A stretch of DNA of 64,000 nucleotides, taken from NCBI GenBank assembly GCA_031425655.1, contig JANPJS010000070.1, positions 1-64,000 of the forward strand. Direction: 5' to 3'. This DNA comes from Abditibacteriaceae bacterium. GTDB lineage: Bacteria; Armatimonadota; Abditibacteriia; Abditibacteriales; Abditibacteriaceae. The number at the start of each line of letters is the position of its first letter. Within the stretch, counting starts at the first letter, position 1. Made by a program: the position numbers and the translations under genes. Below the pieces are notes generated by a model. That model was not told where the DNA came from, ran no database searches, and worked only from the letters and a program-made list of their open reading frames with translations. Below, piece by piece: positions 19,873 to 27,623 of the stretch.

Positions 19873-21339
19873 ATGGCTAAAGAAAACAGCAAAGGGCATT
19901 CGGAACACACCAAAGAAGCGGAAGCCAAAGGCTTGGCGGGCGTCATGCGCCGTCCGATCAAAATCACCATGATGGGCGCCGGCAGCGGATTTACGCCGCG
20001 CCTTGTCAACGATGTGATCGAAATTCCCGGCAATATGGGCGGCACCATCGCGCTCGTGGACATTGACACCGACCGCCTCAAAACGATGGAGCAGCTTATC
20101 AACAAGCTGTTTCAGCAAAAAGGCAAAGACAACTGGAAAGTTATCGCTTCGCCCGACCGTCGCAAGGTTTTAAAAGGCAGCGATTACATCGTCAATTGCA
20201 TCGAAGTGTCGGGAACGGCCTGCGTGCGCCACGACAACGATATTCCCGCCAAATACGGCATTGACCAGTGCATCGGCGACACCATCGGGCCGGGCGGCTT
20301 GTTCAAATCGCTGCGAACCATTCCTGTTTTCCTTGAGGTTTTGCGCGACGCCGAAAAGCTGTGCCCGAACGCGATTGTGCTCAATTACACCAATCCGATG
20401 AGCATGATGTGCCTCGCAGCGGGCCGCACAAGTTCGATGCCGGTTGTCGGCTTGTGCCATTCGGTTCAGGGCACCAGCCACTTGCTGGCGGGCCGCGCCG
20501 GTGTGCCGATTGACGAAATGGTCTGGGAATGCGCCGGAATCAACCATCTGGCGTGGTTCACCAAGTTGCAGCACAACGGCAAGGATTTGTATCCATTATT
20601 AAAGGAAAAAGCCGCCGCCGATTTGGAAAAAGCCATCGCCGAAGGCCAACCCAAAGCCAAAACCAAAGATAATAAGCACTTCGACGTGCCCGAACATCAC
20701 CGCGACATCGTCCGCAAGGACATGATGCTGCATTTCGGCGCGTTTATCACCGAATCGAGCGGACATCTTTCGGAATACCTGCCCTATTATCGCAAGCGCA
20801 AAGATTTGCTGAAAAAATATGCGCGTCCCGGTTATGATGGCGGCTCCAGCTTCTACGCCGACAACTGGCCGACGTGGCGCCAAAACGCCGACAAAGACCG
20901 CCTGGCGATGGTCAACGGCGAAAAAGAGATCAACTGGGAGCGCAGTTGGGAATACGCCAGTTGGATCATCGAAGCGCGCGAAAAAGACGTTCCGTTCCGC
21001 ATTCACGGCAACGTGATGAACGAAGCCAAAGGCGGCGGCCCGCTGATTTCCAATCTGCCCAGCGACGGCTGCGTCGAAGTCGCCTGCATGATTGACCAAA
21101 ACGGCATCAACCCGACGACCTACGGCAAACTCCCGCCGCAAATGGCCGCGCTGTGCGACAGCAACATGAGAATGTTCGACTTGGGCGCGACGGCTGCGAT
21201 GGAAAAGTCGAAAGAAGCCGCCATTTACTCGCTGATGCTCGACCCACTGACTGCCGCGATGTGCAGCCCGGCGGAAATCAAGCAAATGACGCTCGAAATC
21301 TTCGACGCCGAAGCCGAGTTTCTGCCCGGCTATAAATGA
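19873..21339 (+). CDS. melA: Glycoside hydrolase family 4 (NAD+-dependent alpha-galactosidase, MelA-like)
   Basis: KITMMGAGS, IGDTIGPGG, LNYTNPM, GLCHSVQ, AGINHLAW, TESSGHLSEY and LMLDPLTAA motifs. Confidence 0.9.
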   Translation: MAKENSKGHSEHTKEAEAKGLAGVMRRPIKITMMGAGSGFTPRLVNDVIEIPGNMGGTIALVDIDTDRLKTMEQLINKLFQQKGKDNWKVIASPDRRKVLKGSDYIVNCIEVSGTACVRHDNDIPAKYGIDQCIGDTIGPGGLFKSLRTIPVFLEVLRDAEKLCPNAIVLNYTNPMSMMCLAAGRTSSMPVVGLCHSVQGTSHLLAGRAGVPIDEMVWECAGINHLAWFTKLQHNGKDLYPLLKEKAAADLEKAIAEGQPKAKTKDNKHFDVPEHHRDIVRKDMMLHFGAFITESSGHLSEYLPYYRKRKDLLKKYARPGYDGGSSFYADNWPTWRQNADKDRLAMVNGEKEINWERSWEYASWIIEAREKDVPFRIHGNVMNEAKGGGPLISNLPSDGCVEVACMIDQNGINPTTYGKLPPQMAALCDSNMRMFDLGATAAMEKSKEAAIYSLMLDPLTAAMCSPAEIKQMTLEIFDAEAEFLPGYK

Positions 21340-21356
21340 TCTTGGACACAAGACGC

Positions 21357-21393
21357 AAAAACGGCGGCTCTCTTGACGAGAGCCGCCGTTTTG
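21357..21393 (+). terminator. Intrinsic (bidirectional) terminator after melA
   Basis: AAAACGGCGGCTCTC-loop-GAGAGCCGCCGTTTT. Confidence 0.85.
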
Positions 21394-21414
21394 ATTTCCT
21401 GCTTTTGCATCAAT

Positions 21415-22092
21415 TCATTGCTTTTCAAAGCGGGCGATGCGCCGCTCGATGTCCTCCACGACTTCGCGCACAGATTGCAAATCATCGGCGCTCAGATGCT
21501 CTTTTAATTCATCGAAGAGAGGCGGCAAAGCGGGGCGATACGATTGCAAAAGGGTCGCAACATCGTTTTCGTATAAGCCCACGCGCGCGAAATTTCTTAA
21601 GCGATAAAGCGCCGGCAGCGCGTAAAGTTTGAGGAGTAGCAAGCCGTTGACCGTCGCGCAGGCGATGGAGCGCTCAACAAAAGGCTGCCGCGTGGCCTGA
21701 TGGCGGCGCACGTAATCGAAAAGGCGATTGCGCGTCAGCAAAAAGTCAATGCGAAGTCCGCGATATTCGCCGCGCGCGAAATCGTCGTCCTGATGCGAAA
21801 TGGCAATTTCCGGCAATTTTCTCAAATCGGAAATGGCAACAATCAGATCAATATCTTCGGTGTTGCGCCCTTCCATGTATTGCAAAAGCGCGATGCCGCC
21901 GACCAGTAGATAATCAACCTCGCGCTCTTCCAGCAAGGCGAATAATTCGCTAACGATTTGGAGCAATGGTTCCATATTTTCGATTTCACCCATGCCGCGC
22001 TGCGATGCGTCGCGCCAGTTTTTGAAGTTAAAAACCCGCGCGTTTCGCACCACTTCGCCAATATGAACCGATCTAGAAAGAAGCGTCGCCAT
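21415..22092 (-). CDS. Nucleotidyltransferase-like protein (cassette 1 cargo)
   Basis: LVGGIAL...RNTEDIDL NTase motif; LLLLKL; start codon uncertain. Confidence 0.7.
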   Translation of the reverse strand: MATLLSRSVHIGEVVRNARVFNFKNWRDASQRGMGEIENMEPLLQIVSELFALLEEREVDYLLVGGIALLQYMEGRNTEDIDLIVAISDLRKLPEIAISHQDDDFARGEYRGLRIDFLLTRNRLFDYVRRHQATRQPFVERSIACATVNGLLLLKLYALPALYRLRNFARVGLYENDVATLLQSYRPALPPLFDELKEHLSADDLQSVREVVEDIERRIARFEKQ

Positions 22093-22184
22093 CGTGCCAA
22101 AAGTTTAGCAAGCGCCGGTGAAGCCGACACAGCGCCCTCAAAACAAACAGGCCACTGTCGCGGCTCTTTGTTTAACAACACTTC

Positions 22185-22298
22185 TACGCCCTGATGCCCG
22201 ACCCGCTGACTGCCGCGATGTGCAGCCCCGCTGAAATCAAGCAGATGACGCTCGAAATCTTCGACGCCAAAGCCGAATTTCTGCCCGGCTACAAGTAA
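22185..22298 (+). repeat. Direct repeat R1 of the melA 3' end
   Basis: Encodes YALMPDPLTAAMCSPAEIKQMTLEIFDAKAEFLPGYK*; matches the melA end (about 21226-21339). Confidence 0.95.
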
Positions 22299-22363
22299 AG
22301 CTGCAGAGTTAGAATAAGAGCGTGAACACCTTGCGTGTTCACGCTCTTATTTTTGGAGGCGCC

Positions 22364-22555
22364 ATGAAATCCCCGCACCTTTCCGTCTTTTTTTCGACGC
22401 TTTGTGTGATGGCCGCATCAAGCGGTTTCGGTGCTGCCTTGATGCTGCTCTTTCCGGGAAGGCTTTCCATCCCTTACTTTTTCTTTGTTGTGGCCTTTCT
22501 CTTCTCTTTACTGTCGCGCCGATACAACTCCACGAAGCCAGAGAAAAGCAGATGA
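22364..22555 (+). CDS. Small two-TM membrane protein (cassette 2 cargo)
   Basis: GGAGG RBS; MKSPHLSVFF...; its stop falls inside repeat R2; preceded by the hairpin AATAAGAGCGTGAACAC...GTGTTCACGCTCTTATT. Confidence 0.55.
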   Translation: MKSPHLSVFFSTLCVMAASSGFGAALMLLFPGRLSIPYFFFVVAFLFSLLSRRYNSTKPEKSR

Positions 22556-22605
22556 CGCTCGAAATCTTCGACGCCGAAGCCGAATTTCTGCCGGGTTACA
22601 AATAA
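22546..22605 (+). repeat. Direct repeat R2 of the melA 3' end
   Basis: Encodes KQMTLEIFDAEAEFLPGYK*. Confidence 0.95.
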
Positions 22606-22693
22606 TTTTTTCGCCACAATGGCACAGGAGCATAAAGAATCCTCTCTTTGTGTCCCTGTGCCTTTGTGATGAAATTGCAACAGTAGGTTCGAC

Positions 22694-22907
22694 ATGGCAA
22701 TGCACGCTTCTCCCGCAAAACTACCCCGCGCCGTTCGCAAGCAGGTCGCGCGTCCCCGCAAACTCAAAGAACCAGTCAGCGCCCGCGAACGCCTTCTCGC
22801 GGCCTTGTCCGCCGCGCCACGACTGAGCGCCCCCGACGCAGACCGCATCAATCAAGCGGTGCAGGCCGCGCGGGAGGCTTCGCTTGGCGACGACCTTTCT
22901 GCTTGCA
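22694..22907 (+). CDS. Putative antitoxin (cassette 3 cargo); natural stop apparently lost through a 1-nt insertion
   Basis: Small ORF directly upstream of and overlapping a PIN toxin; as sequenced it reads on to 22951. Confidence 0.55.
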
Positions 22908-23304
22908 CACCAATATCATCACGGCTCTGGCACAAGGCCACAGCACGGTGATGACGCATCTGCGCCAATTATCCCCGGACGATGATATTGGAACCTGCTT
23001 CATTGTAGTCGGCGAGTGGGAATACGGTCTGCTGAACGCTAAGGCCATGGCAAAGCAGGCTCAAATCCGCGCCACCGGAGCGCCGCTGTTTGCCGCCCTG
23101 ACCGCCATTTGGGATTCAACGCCCGCTATTGCTTTGCGCTACGGCGCCATTCATGCGGCGCTTCGTGCCGACGGCCAAATGATTCCCACCAACGATATTT
23201 GGATCGCCGCCACCGCACTGGAACAAAACGCTACCGTCGTCACAACCGACCCTCATTTTCAGCGAGTAGCAGGATTAAATGTTGTAGATTGGACGCAGCC
23301 GTAA
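22884..23304 (+). pseudogene. vapC: VapC/PIN toxin with a +1 frameshift near the start (cassette 3 cargo)
   Basis: IVVGEWEYG, NDIWIAATAL and VTTDPHF motifs; GGAGG RBS plus TTG at 22884; deleting C22906 restores FLLDTNII. Confidence 0.8.
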
Positions 23305-23339
23305 CCGACATCCAATCTACGGACGGCGCGAACTCCAGC

Positions 23340-23426
23340 GCCGCGATGTGCAGCCCGGCGGAAATCAAGCAAATGACGCTCGAAATCTTCGACGCCGAAG
23401 CCGAGTTTTGGCCCAGCTATAAGTAA
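23340..23426 (+). repeat. Direct repeat R3 of the melA 3' end
   Basis: Encodes AAMCSPAEIKQMTLEIFDAEAEFWPSYK*. Confidence 0.95.
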
Positions 23427-23439
23427 AACGCGCCAACAT

Positions 23440-23477
23440 AGAAAAGCCCGCCGCAAAGGGTCGCGGCGGGCTTTTCT
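23440..23477. terminator. Bidirectional terminator after R3
   Basis: AGAAAAGCCCGCCGC-loop-GCGGCGGGCTTTTCT. Confidence 0.85.
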
Positions 23478-23493
23478 ACAAGCTGGCCAATCC

Positions 23494-24057
23494 TCAAAAA
23501 TAAACAGCCCGTTTTCCTAACGTAATAATCACCGCTTCGATGGCCTGATTGACGGAGTTCGCAATTTTGTCGTCCGCGTGATTATAGAAAAAAGTGTCGG
23601 GATTCCACATCTTGAACTTCACTGTTGTGCCCTTTATCCTCATTTCTACTTCCACTTCCTGTCCGTCGCAGGCCAGCCAGTATCCCTTCCCTTGCTTTGC
23701 TGGACGTTTATTCAGATCAGCGAAGTATTTCTGATAGTCAATCTTCGGCAGCTTCAGTTTTTCTAAGCGGCGCACCAACTGAATACTGGAAAACGTCCCC
23801 AGTTCGGAAACTTTCTGGTTTTTGCCTGTAATCTGCACAACCTTAATTCCTTGATAGTTTGAATAGACAGTAAGCACGTTCCGAGGCCGTCGAAAATTCG
23901 GCAGGTCATCGGCTCCTTTGGTGATCTCGAAACGCGCGATAAGAACTTGCTTTTGTTCCGGATTCGCTTGCGCTGTCACGGAAGTTAGATTGGCCAAGAA
24001 CGCCAAAAAGGTGAGAAAGATTCTCACTGCGATGTTTTTAGAAATTGAAAGTTTCAT
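23494..24057 (-). CDS. Hypothetical secreted protein, low GC (cassette 4 cargo)
   Basis: Signal-peptide-like N-terminus; 187-aa ORF. Confidence 0.7.
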   Translation of the reverse strand: MKLSISKNIAVRIFLTFLAFLANLTSVTAQANPEQKQVLIARFEITKGADDLPNFRRPRNVLTVYSNYQGIKVVQITGKNQKVSELGTFSSIQLVRRLEKLKLPKIDYQKYFADLNKRPAKQGKGYWLACDGQEVEVEMRIKGTTVKFKMWNPDTFFYNHADDKIANSVNQAIEAVIITLGKRAVYF

Positions 24058-24118
24058 AAATGCTCACACCGTGCATGATTTCCTTGTTTGACCGAGTATA
24101 TCTTATGATTTTGTTCCA

Positions 24119-24205
24119 GCCGCGATGTGCAGCCCGGCGGAAATCAAGCAAATGACGCTCGAAATCTTCGACACCGCAGCCGAATTCCTGCCGGGTTATA
24201 AATAA
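24119..24205 (+). repeat. Direct repeat R4 of the melA 3' end
   Basis: Encodes AAMCSPAEIKQMTLEIFDTAAEFLPGYK*. Confidence 0.95.
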
Positions 24206-24220
24206 CGCGTCGAAAAAAGC

Positions 24221-24258
24221 AAAAAGAGCGACAAAACCAAAGTTTCGTCGCTCTTTTT
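24221..24258. terminator. Bidirectional terminator after R4
   Basis: AAAAGAGCGACAAAAC-loop-GTTTCGTCGCTCTTTT. Confidence 0.75.
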
Positions 24259-24289
24259 CGTGACGCTTTCAAAGGCATTTTCAGTTCGC

Positions 24290-24733
24290 TCACGGATGCA
24301 AGGGCAGAGGCGGCACGAAATCGGGCAATTTGAATTCATACATCGAGCCGCCGAGCGACGCGCGGCTGTGTTCGTATATGGAGAATCGCGTGGTCGCCAG
24401 CATTTCGCGCGACAAAGCGAACCAGTAAACAACGGTGTCTTTTTTGGTTTCGCCGGCCACCTGAGTGGAGAGCAGCAGCTTCGCGGCGTTGCGAATTTCC
24501 AGATTCGCCGTGCGTTTTATCGTCCATTGATGATCGGCGGGGAATTTTTGCTCCTTGTCCAAATAGCGCGTGATGGTGAAACCGAAGGTGCCGTCCGGGC
24601 GCTTGGCGGTTTCAACCGTGATGCCGTCCTCTTTTGTTGACTGCGGTGTGACGGTTTGCACGGAGATCAGGGCGAAGGCGGGAACGCTGATTAACGACAA
24701 CAAAACGGCGGTGGCAACGAAACGGATTTTCAT
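24290..24733 (-). CDS. Hypothetical secreted protein (cassette 5 cargo)
   Basis: Signal peptide MKIRFVATAVLLSLISVPAFA; AGAGGA RBS. Confidence 0.7.
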   Translation of the reverse strand: MKIRFVATAVLLSLISVPAFALISVQTVTPQSTKEDGITVETAKRPDGTFGFTITRYLDKEQKFPADHQWTIKRTANLEIRNAAKLLLSTQVAGETKKDTVVYWFALSREMLATTRFSIYEHSRASLGGSMYEFKLPDFVPPLPLHP

Positions 24734-24899
24734 GGCGACATTTCCTCTTTTTGGCGCGGCACGTCAGGCCGCAATCAACGACCTCAATAGAATTAAGTAT
24801 GTTCCACAAAGACGCTCCGACAAAAGATTTTAAAAGCCATTAGCTGTTAGTTTCTTTGTGCCTTTGTGCCTTTGTGCCTTTGTGGTGAAATGAAATCCC

Positions 24900-26405
24900 G
24901 TGACCGATTCCTCTTCTAAATTCAACGACGCGCATCTGGCAACGGCCAAGCGCGTCGTTTTATTCACAGTTTTCCTCGATATTCTCGGCTTCGGCATCAT
25001 CATTCCGCAATTGTCGGTTTACGCCGCGCAATATTCGGCCACGCCGGAGCAAATCGGGCTGCTCGCCTCGTCGTATTCGGCGATGCAGTTTCTCTTTGCG
25101 CCGTTTTGGGGGCGCTTATCCGACCGCATCGGGCGCCGTCCGGTTTTGGTGTGGAGCATCTTCGGCACGGCGCTCGGCTATGTGCTTTTCGCTTACTCCG
25201 GCTCATTGTGGATGCTTTTTGCCGCGCGCATTTTAGACGGCATCACGGGCGCCAATATCTCGACGGCGCAAGCTTATTTATCGGACGTGACGCCCGAAAA
25301 AGACCGCGCCAAAACCTTCGGATTGTTCGGCGCGATTTTCGGAATCGGCTTCGCCATCGGGCCTCTTATCGGCGGAATGCTGGCCAATTTGCCGGCGCCG
25401 TGGGGCGGCAACTTCGGGCTGGGCTGGTTCACCGCCACGCTCAGCTTCATCAACTGGGGCTTCGCTTTGTTGCGCCTGCCCGAAACCCTGACGCCCGAAA
25501 CGCGCCGCGCCAACGCCGCGCGTCAGCACGAGCAAGGCAGCAAATTCTCGATTATCAACCTGCATGGCTTTCGGCGCGCTTTTGCCATTCCCAGCCTGCG
25601 CCTCGTGCTGATTACAAGCTTTATCGGCACCCTTGCGTTTGCCACGCTGATGGGCACTTACACCACCTTCATTTTGGTGCGCTACGCCCGGCCCGAAGTG
25701 CAGCAGCAAATCAAAACCAACACGCAAAAAGCGGTCGTCGAAGCGCGAACGCACATGAGTCACAACGAAAAACAAAGCGGCCCGCACAGCGAAGGCGGCG
25801 CGCCGATTCCCGGATTACACGACGACAAACCGTTTGCCACAGGGCTGGGCGGCGATTTCACTTTAGATAAACCGCCGCCCGAAGGCTTATCGTGGCGGCA
25901 AGTGGAAAAGGTGCTGGTGCGCTACCGCACGACGGAAATGGTGAGTTGGATTTTCACCATCATCGGCGTGTTGGCGCTGATTGTCCAGGGAGGCCTGATT
26001 CGTCCCTTGAAAAAGCGCTTTTCCGACGTGAATTTGATCCTTCTCGGCACCTTTTTAGTAGCGCTGGCGCTGGCCTTAGTGCCGCTTCCGCACCAATTCG
26101 GCTGGCAGTTCCCCGGCGCGATGCTGATGGCGATTGGCAACGGCATTTCGTCGCCGATTTTGACTGCGATGGTCTCGCTTTTGGCGCCCGAATCTGAGCG
26201 CGGCGAAATCATTGGCGTGTTTCAATCCACGCAAAGCCTCAGCCGCATTTTAGGGCCGCAACTGGGCGGCATTCTCTTCGGTGTCATTTCGCCAAGTGCG
26301 CCTTATTTTGTGGGCGCCGCGATTATGATGATTTCTTTCTATGTGGCGCTGGGCCTGCGCGGTGTGAAAATCGAAGGCGCCGAATCCGCGACCGCCAAAG
26401 CCTAA
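24900..26405 (+). CDS. MFS transporter, TetA/DHA1-like
   Basis: DILGFGIIIP, WGRLSDRIGRRPVL (motif A), GFAIGPLIGG; about 12 TM segments. Confidence 0.9.
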   Translation: MTDSSSKFNDAHLATAKRVVLFTVFLDILGFGIIIPQLSVYAAQYSATPEQIGLLASSYSAMQFLFAPFWGRLSDRIGRRPVLVWSIFGTALGYVLFAYSGSLWMLFAARILDGITGANISTAQAYLSDVTPEKDRAKTFGLFGAIFGIGFAIGPLIGGMLANLPAPWGGNFGLGWFTATLSFINWGFALLRLPETLTPETRRANAARQHEQGSKFSIINLHGFRRAFAIPSLRLVLITSFIGTLAFATLMGTYTTFILVRYARPEVQQQIKTNTQKAVVEARTHMSHNEKQSGPHSEGGAPIPGLHDDKPFATGLGGDFTLDKPPPEGLSWRQVEKVLVRYRTTEMVSWIFTIIGVLALIVQGGLIRPLKKRFSDVNLILLGTFLVALALALVPLPHQFGWQFPGAMLMAIGNGISSPILTAMVSLLAPESERGEIIGVFQSTQSLSRILGPQLGGILFGVISPSAPYFVGAAIMMISFYVALGLRGVKIEGAESATAKA

Positions 26406-26437
26406 TTTCGGCAAACGATTTGCGTGGCGCCGCCGCG

Positions 26438-27481
26438 ATGAAAATTGACACCGATTTTTTACTGAAAACCCTGCTGCGCTTGGTCAATACGCCCAGTCCG
26501 GCGGGCGATACGCAACGCGGCACCGATTTATGCCACGAAATTCTCTGCGACATTGACGATTCGTTTGATATTCACACCACGCGCAAGGGCGTTTTGGTGG
26601 CAACGTGGCCGGGCTTGCGCGATGATGAGCCGCGCGCCGTTTCGGCGCACATTGATACCATCGGCGCAGTCGTCAAAGGCTTCAACCCGGACGGGCGTAT
26701 TCTGATGCAGGAAGTCGGCAGCCTGCCGTGGACATCGGTGGAAAACGAAGGCGTCACTATCAACGGCAAAAACGGCCCGTTGCGTGGCAGCGTGCTGATT
26801 AAGGAAGCCAGTTACCACTTGCACGAAGAAGACGAAATCGAAGACGCGCCGCGTAACGACCGCACGATGTCGGTGCGTCTGGACGCCAAAATTCACAGTG
26901 CCGCTGATACGCGCGCTTTGGGCATCGAGATCGGCGCTCCGATTTATTTCGATGCGCGCCCCGAAGTGAACAACGGTTTCGTGCGTTCGCGCTACCTCGA
27001 CGACAAAGCCTGCTTGGCCTGCGTTTTCGCGGCGGCTAAAGCGATTTACGAGTCCGGCACACGCCCGGCGCAGCGCACCACGTTTCACATTCCTAACTAC
27101 GAAGAAGTTTGTCACGGCGGCGCCAGCGGCGTGCCCGACGACGTAGCGGAGTTTTTGGCCGTAGACGTGGCTCCTACCGGCACGCGCCAAAATTCGGATG
27201 AATACTCTTGCACGCTTTGTTTAGCCGATGCCGACGGCCCCTACGACGCGCAAATGAATGCGAAATTGAAGGCTATCGCTGTGCAACACGGCGTCAAACT
27301 CAAGCCGGATGTATTCCCGCGCTTTTCTTCGGACGCCAAAGCCCTGTGGAAATCCGGCGCCGATGTGCGCTGCGCTTTAATCGGCCCCGGAGTCCACGCC
27401 ACGCACGGCTACGAGCGCACGACAATCGAAGCCTTAGAAACAACAGCGCGCTTAATCGCACTTTATTTGCTCTCAACGTGA
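26438..27481 (+). CDS. M42 family metallopeptidase
   Basis: PSPAG, SAHIDTIG, RYLDDKA, YEEV, AVDV and THGYER motifs. Confidence 0.88.
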   Translation: MKIDTDFLLKTLLRLVNTPSPAGDTQRGTDLCHEILCDIDDSFDIHTTRKGVLVATWPGLRDDEPRAVSAHIDTIGAVVKGFNPDGRILMQEVGSLPWTSVENEGVTINGKNGPLRGSVLIKEASYHLHEEDEIEDAPRNDRTMSVRLDAKIHSAADTRALGIEIGAPIYFDARPEVNNGFVRSRYLDDKACLACVFAAAKAIYESGTRPAQRTTFHIPNYEEVCHGGASGVPDDVAEFLAVDVAPTGTRQNSDEYSCTLCLADADGPYDAQMNAKLKAIAVQHGVKLKPDVFPRFSSDAKALWKSGADVRCALIGPGVHATHGYERTTIEALETTARLIALYLLST

Positions 27482-27500
27482 AAAATTGTGCCTTTTCGAC

Positions 27501-27529
27501 TTGGCAAAGCGTAGCGCTCCGATTAAAAT
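27501..27529 (+). promoter_or_regulatory. tRNA promoter
   Basis: TTGGCA-17 nt-TAAAAT about 20 nt upstream of the tRNA. Confidence 0.55.
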
Positions 27530-27548
27530 AATCTCGCGCAACGCGTAT

Positions 27549-27623
27549 TGCCCTGTAGCTCAGCGGTAGAGCAATCGGCTGTTAACCGATGGGTCGCTGG
27601 TTCGAATCCGGCCGGGGCAGCCA
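27549..27623 (+). tRNA. tRNA-Asn(GTT)
   Basis: TGCCCTG acceptor stem, TAGCTCAG-CGGTAGAGC D arm, ATCGG-CTGTTAA-CCGAT anticodon arm, GGTTCGAATCC T arm and encoded CCA. Confidence 0.97.

Noticed and set aside
21226..24205. melA-end repeats as a CRISPR array or classical integron attC sites
   Set aside because: Repeats are 60-110 bp of coding sequence with gene-sized spacers. There are no cas genes, no attC-type inverted core sites that I could see, and no adjacent IntI.
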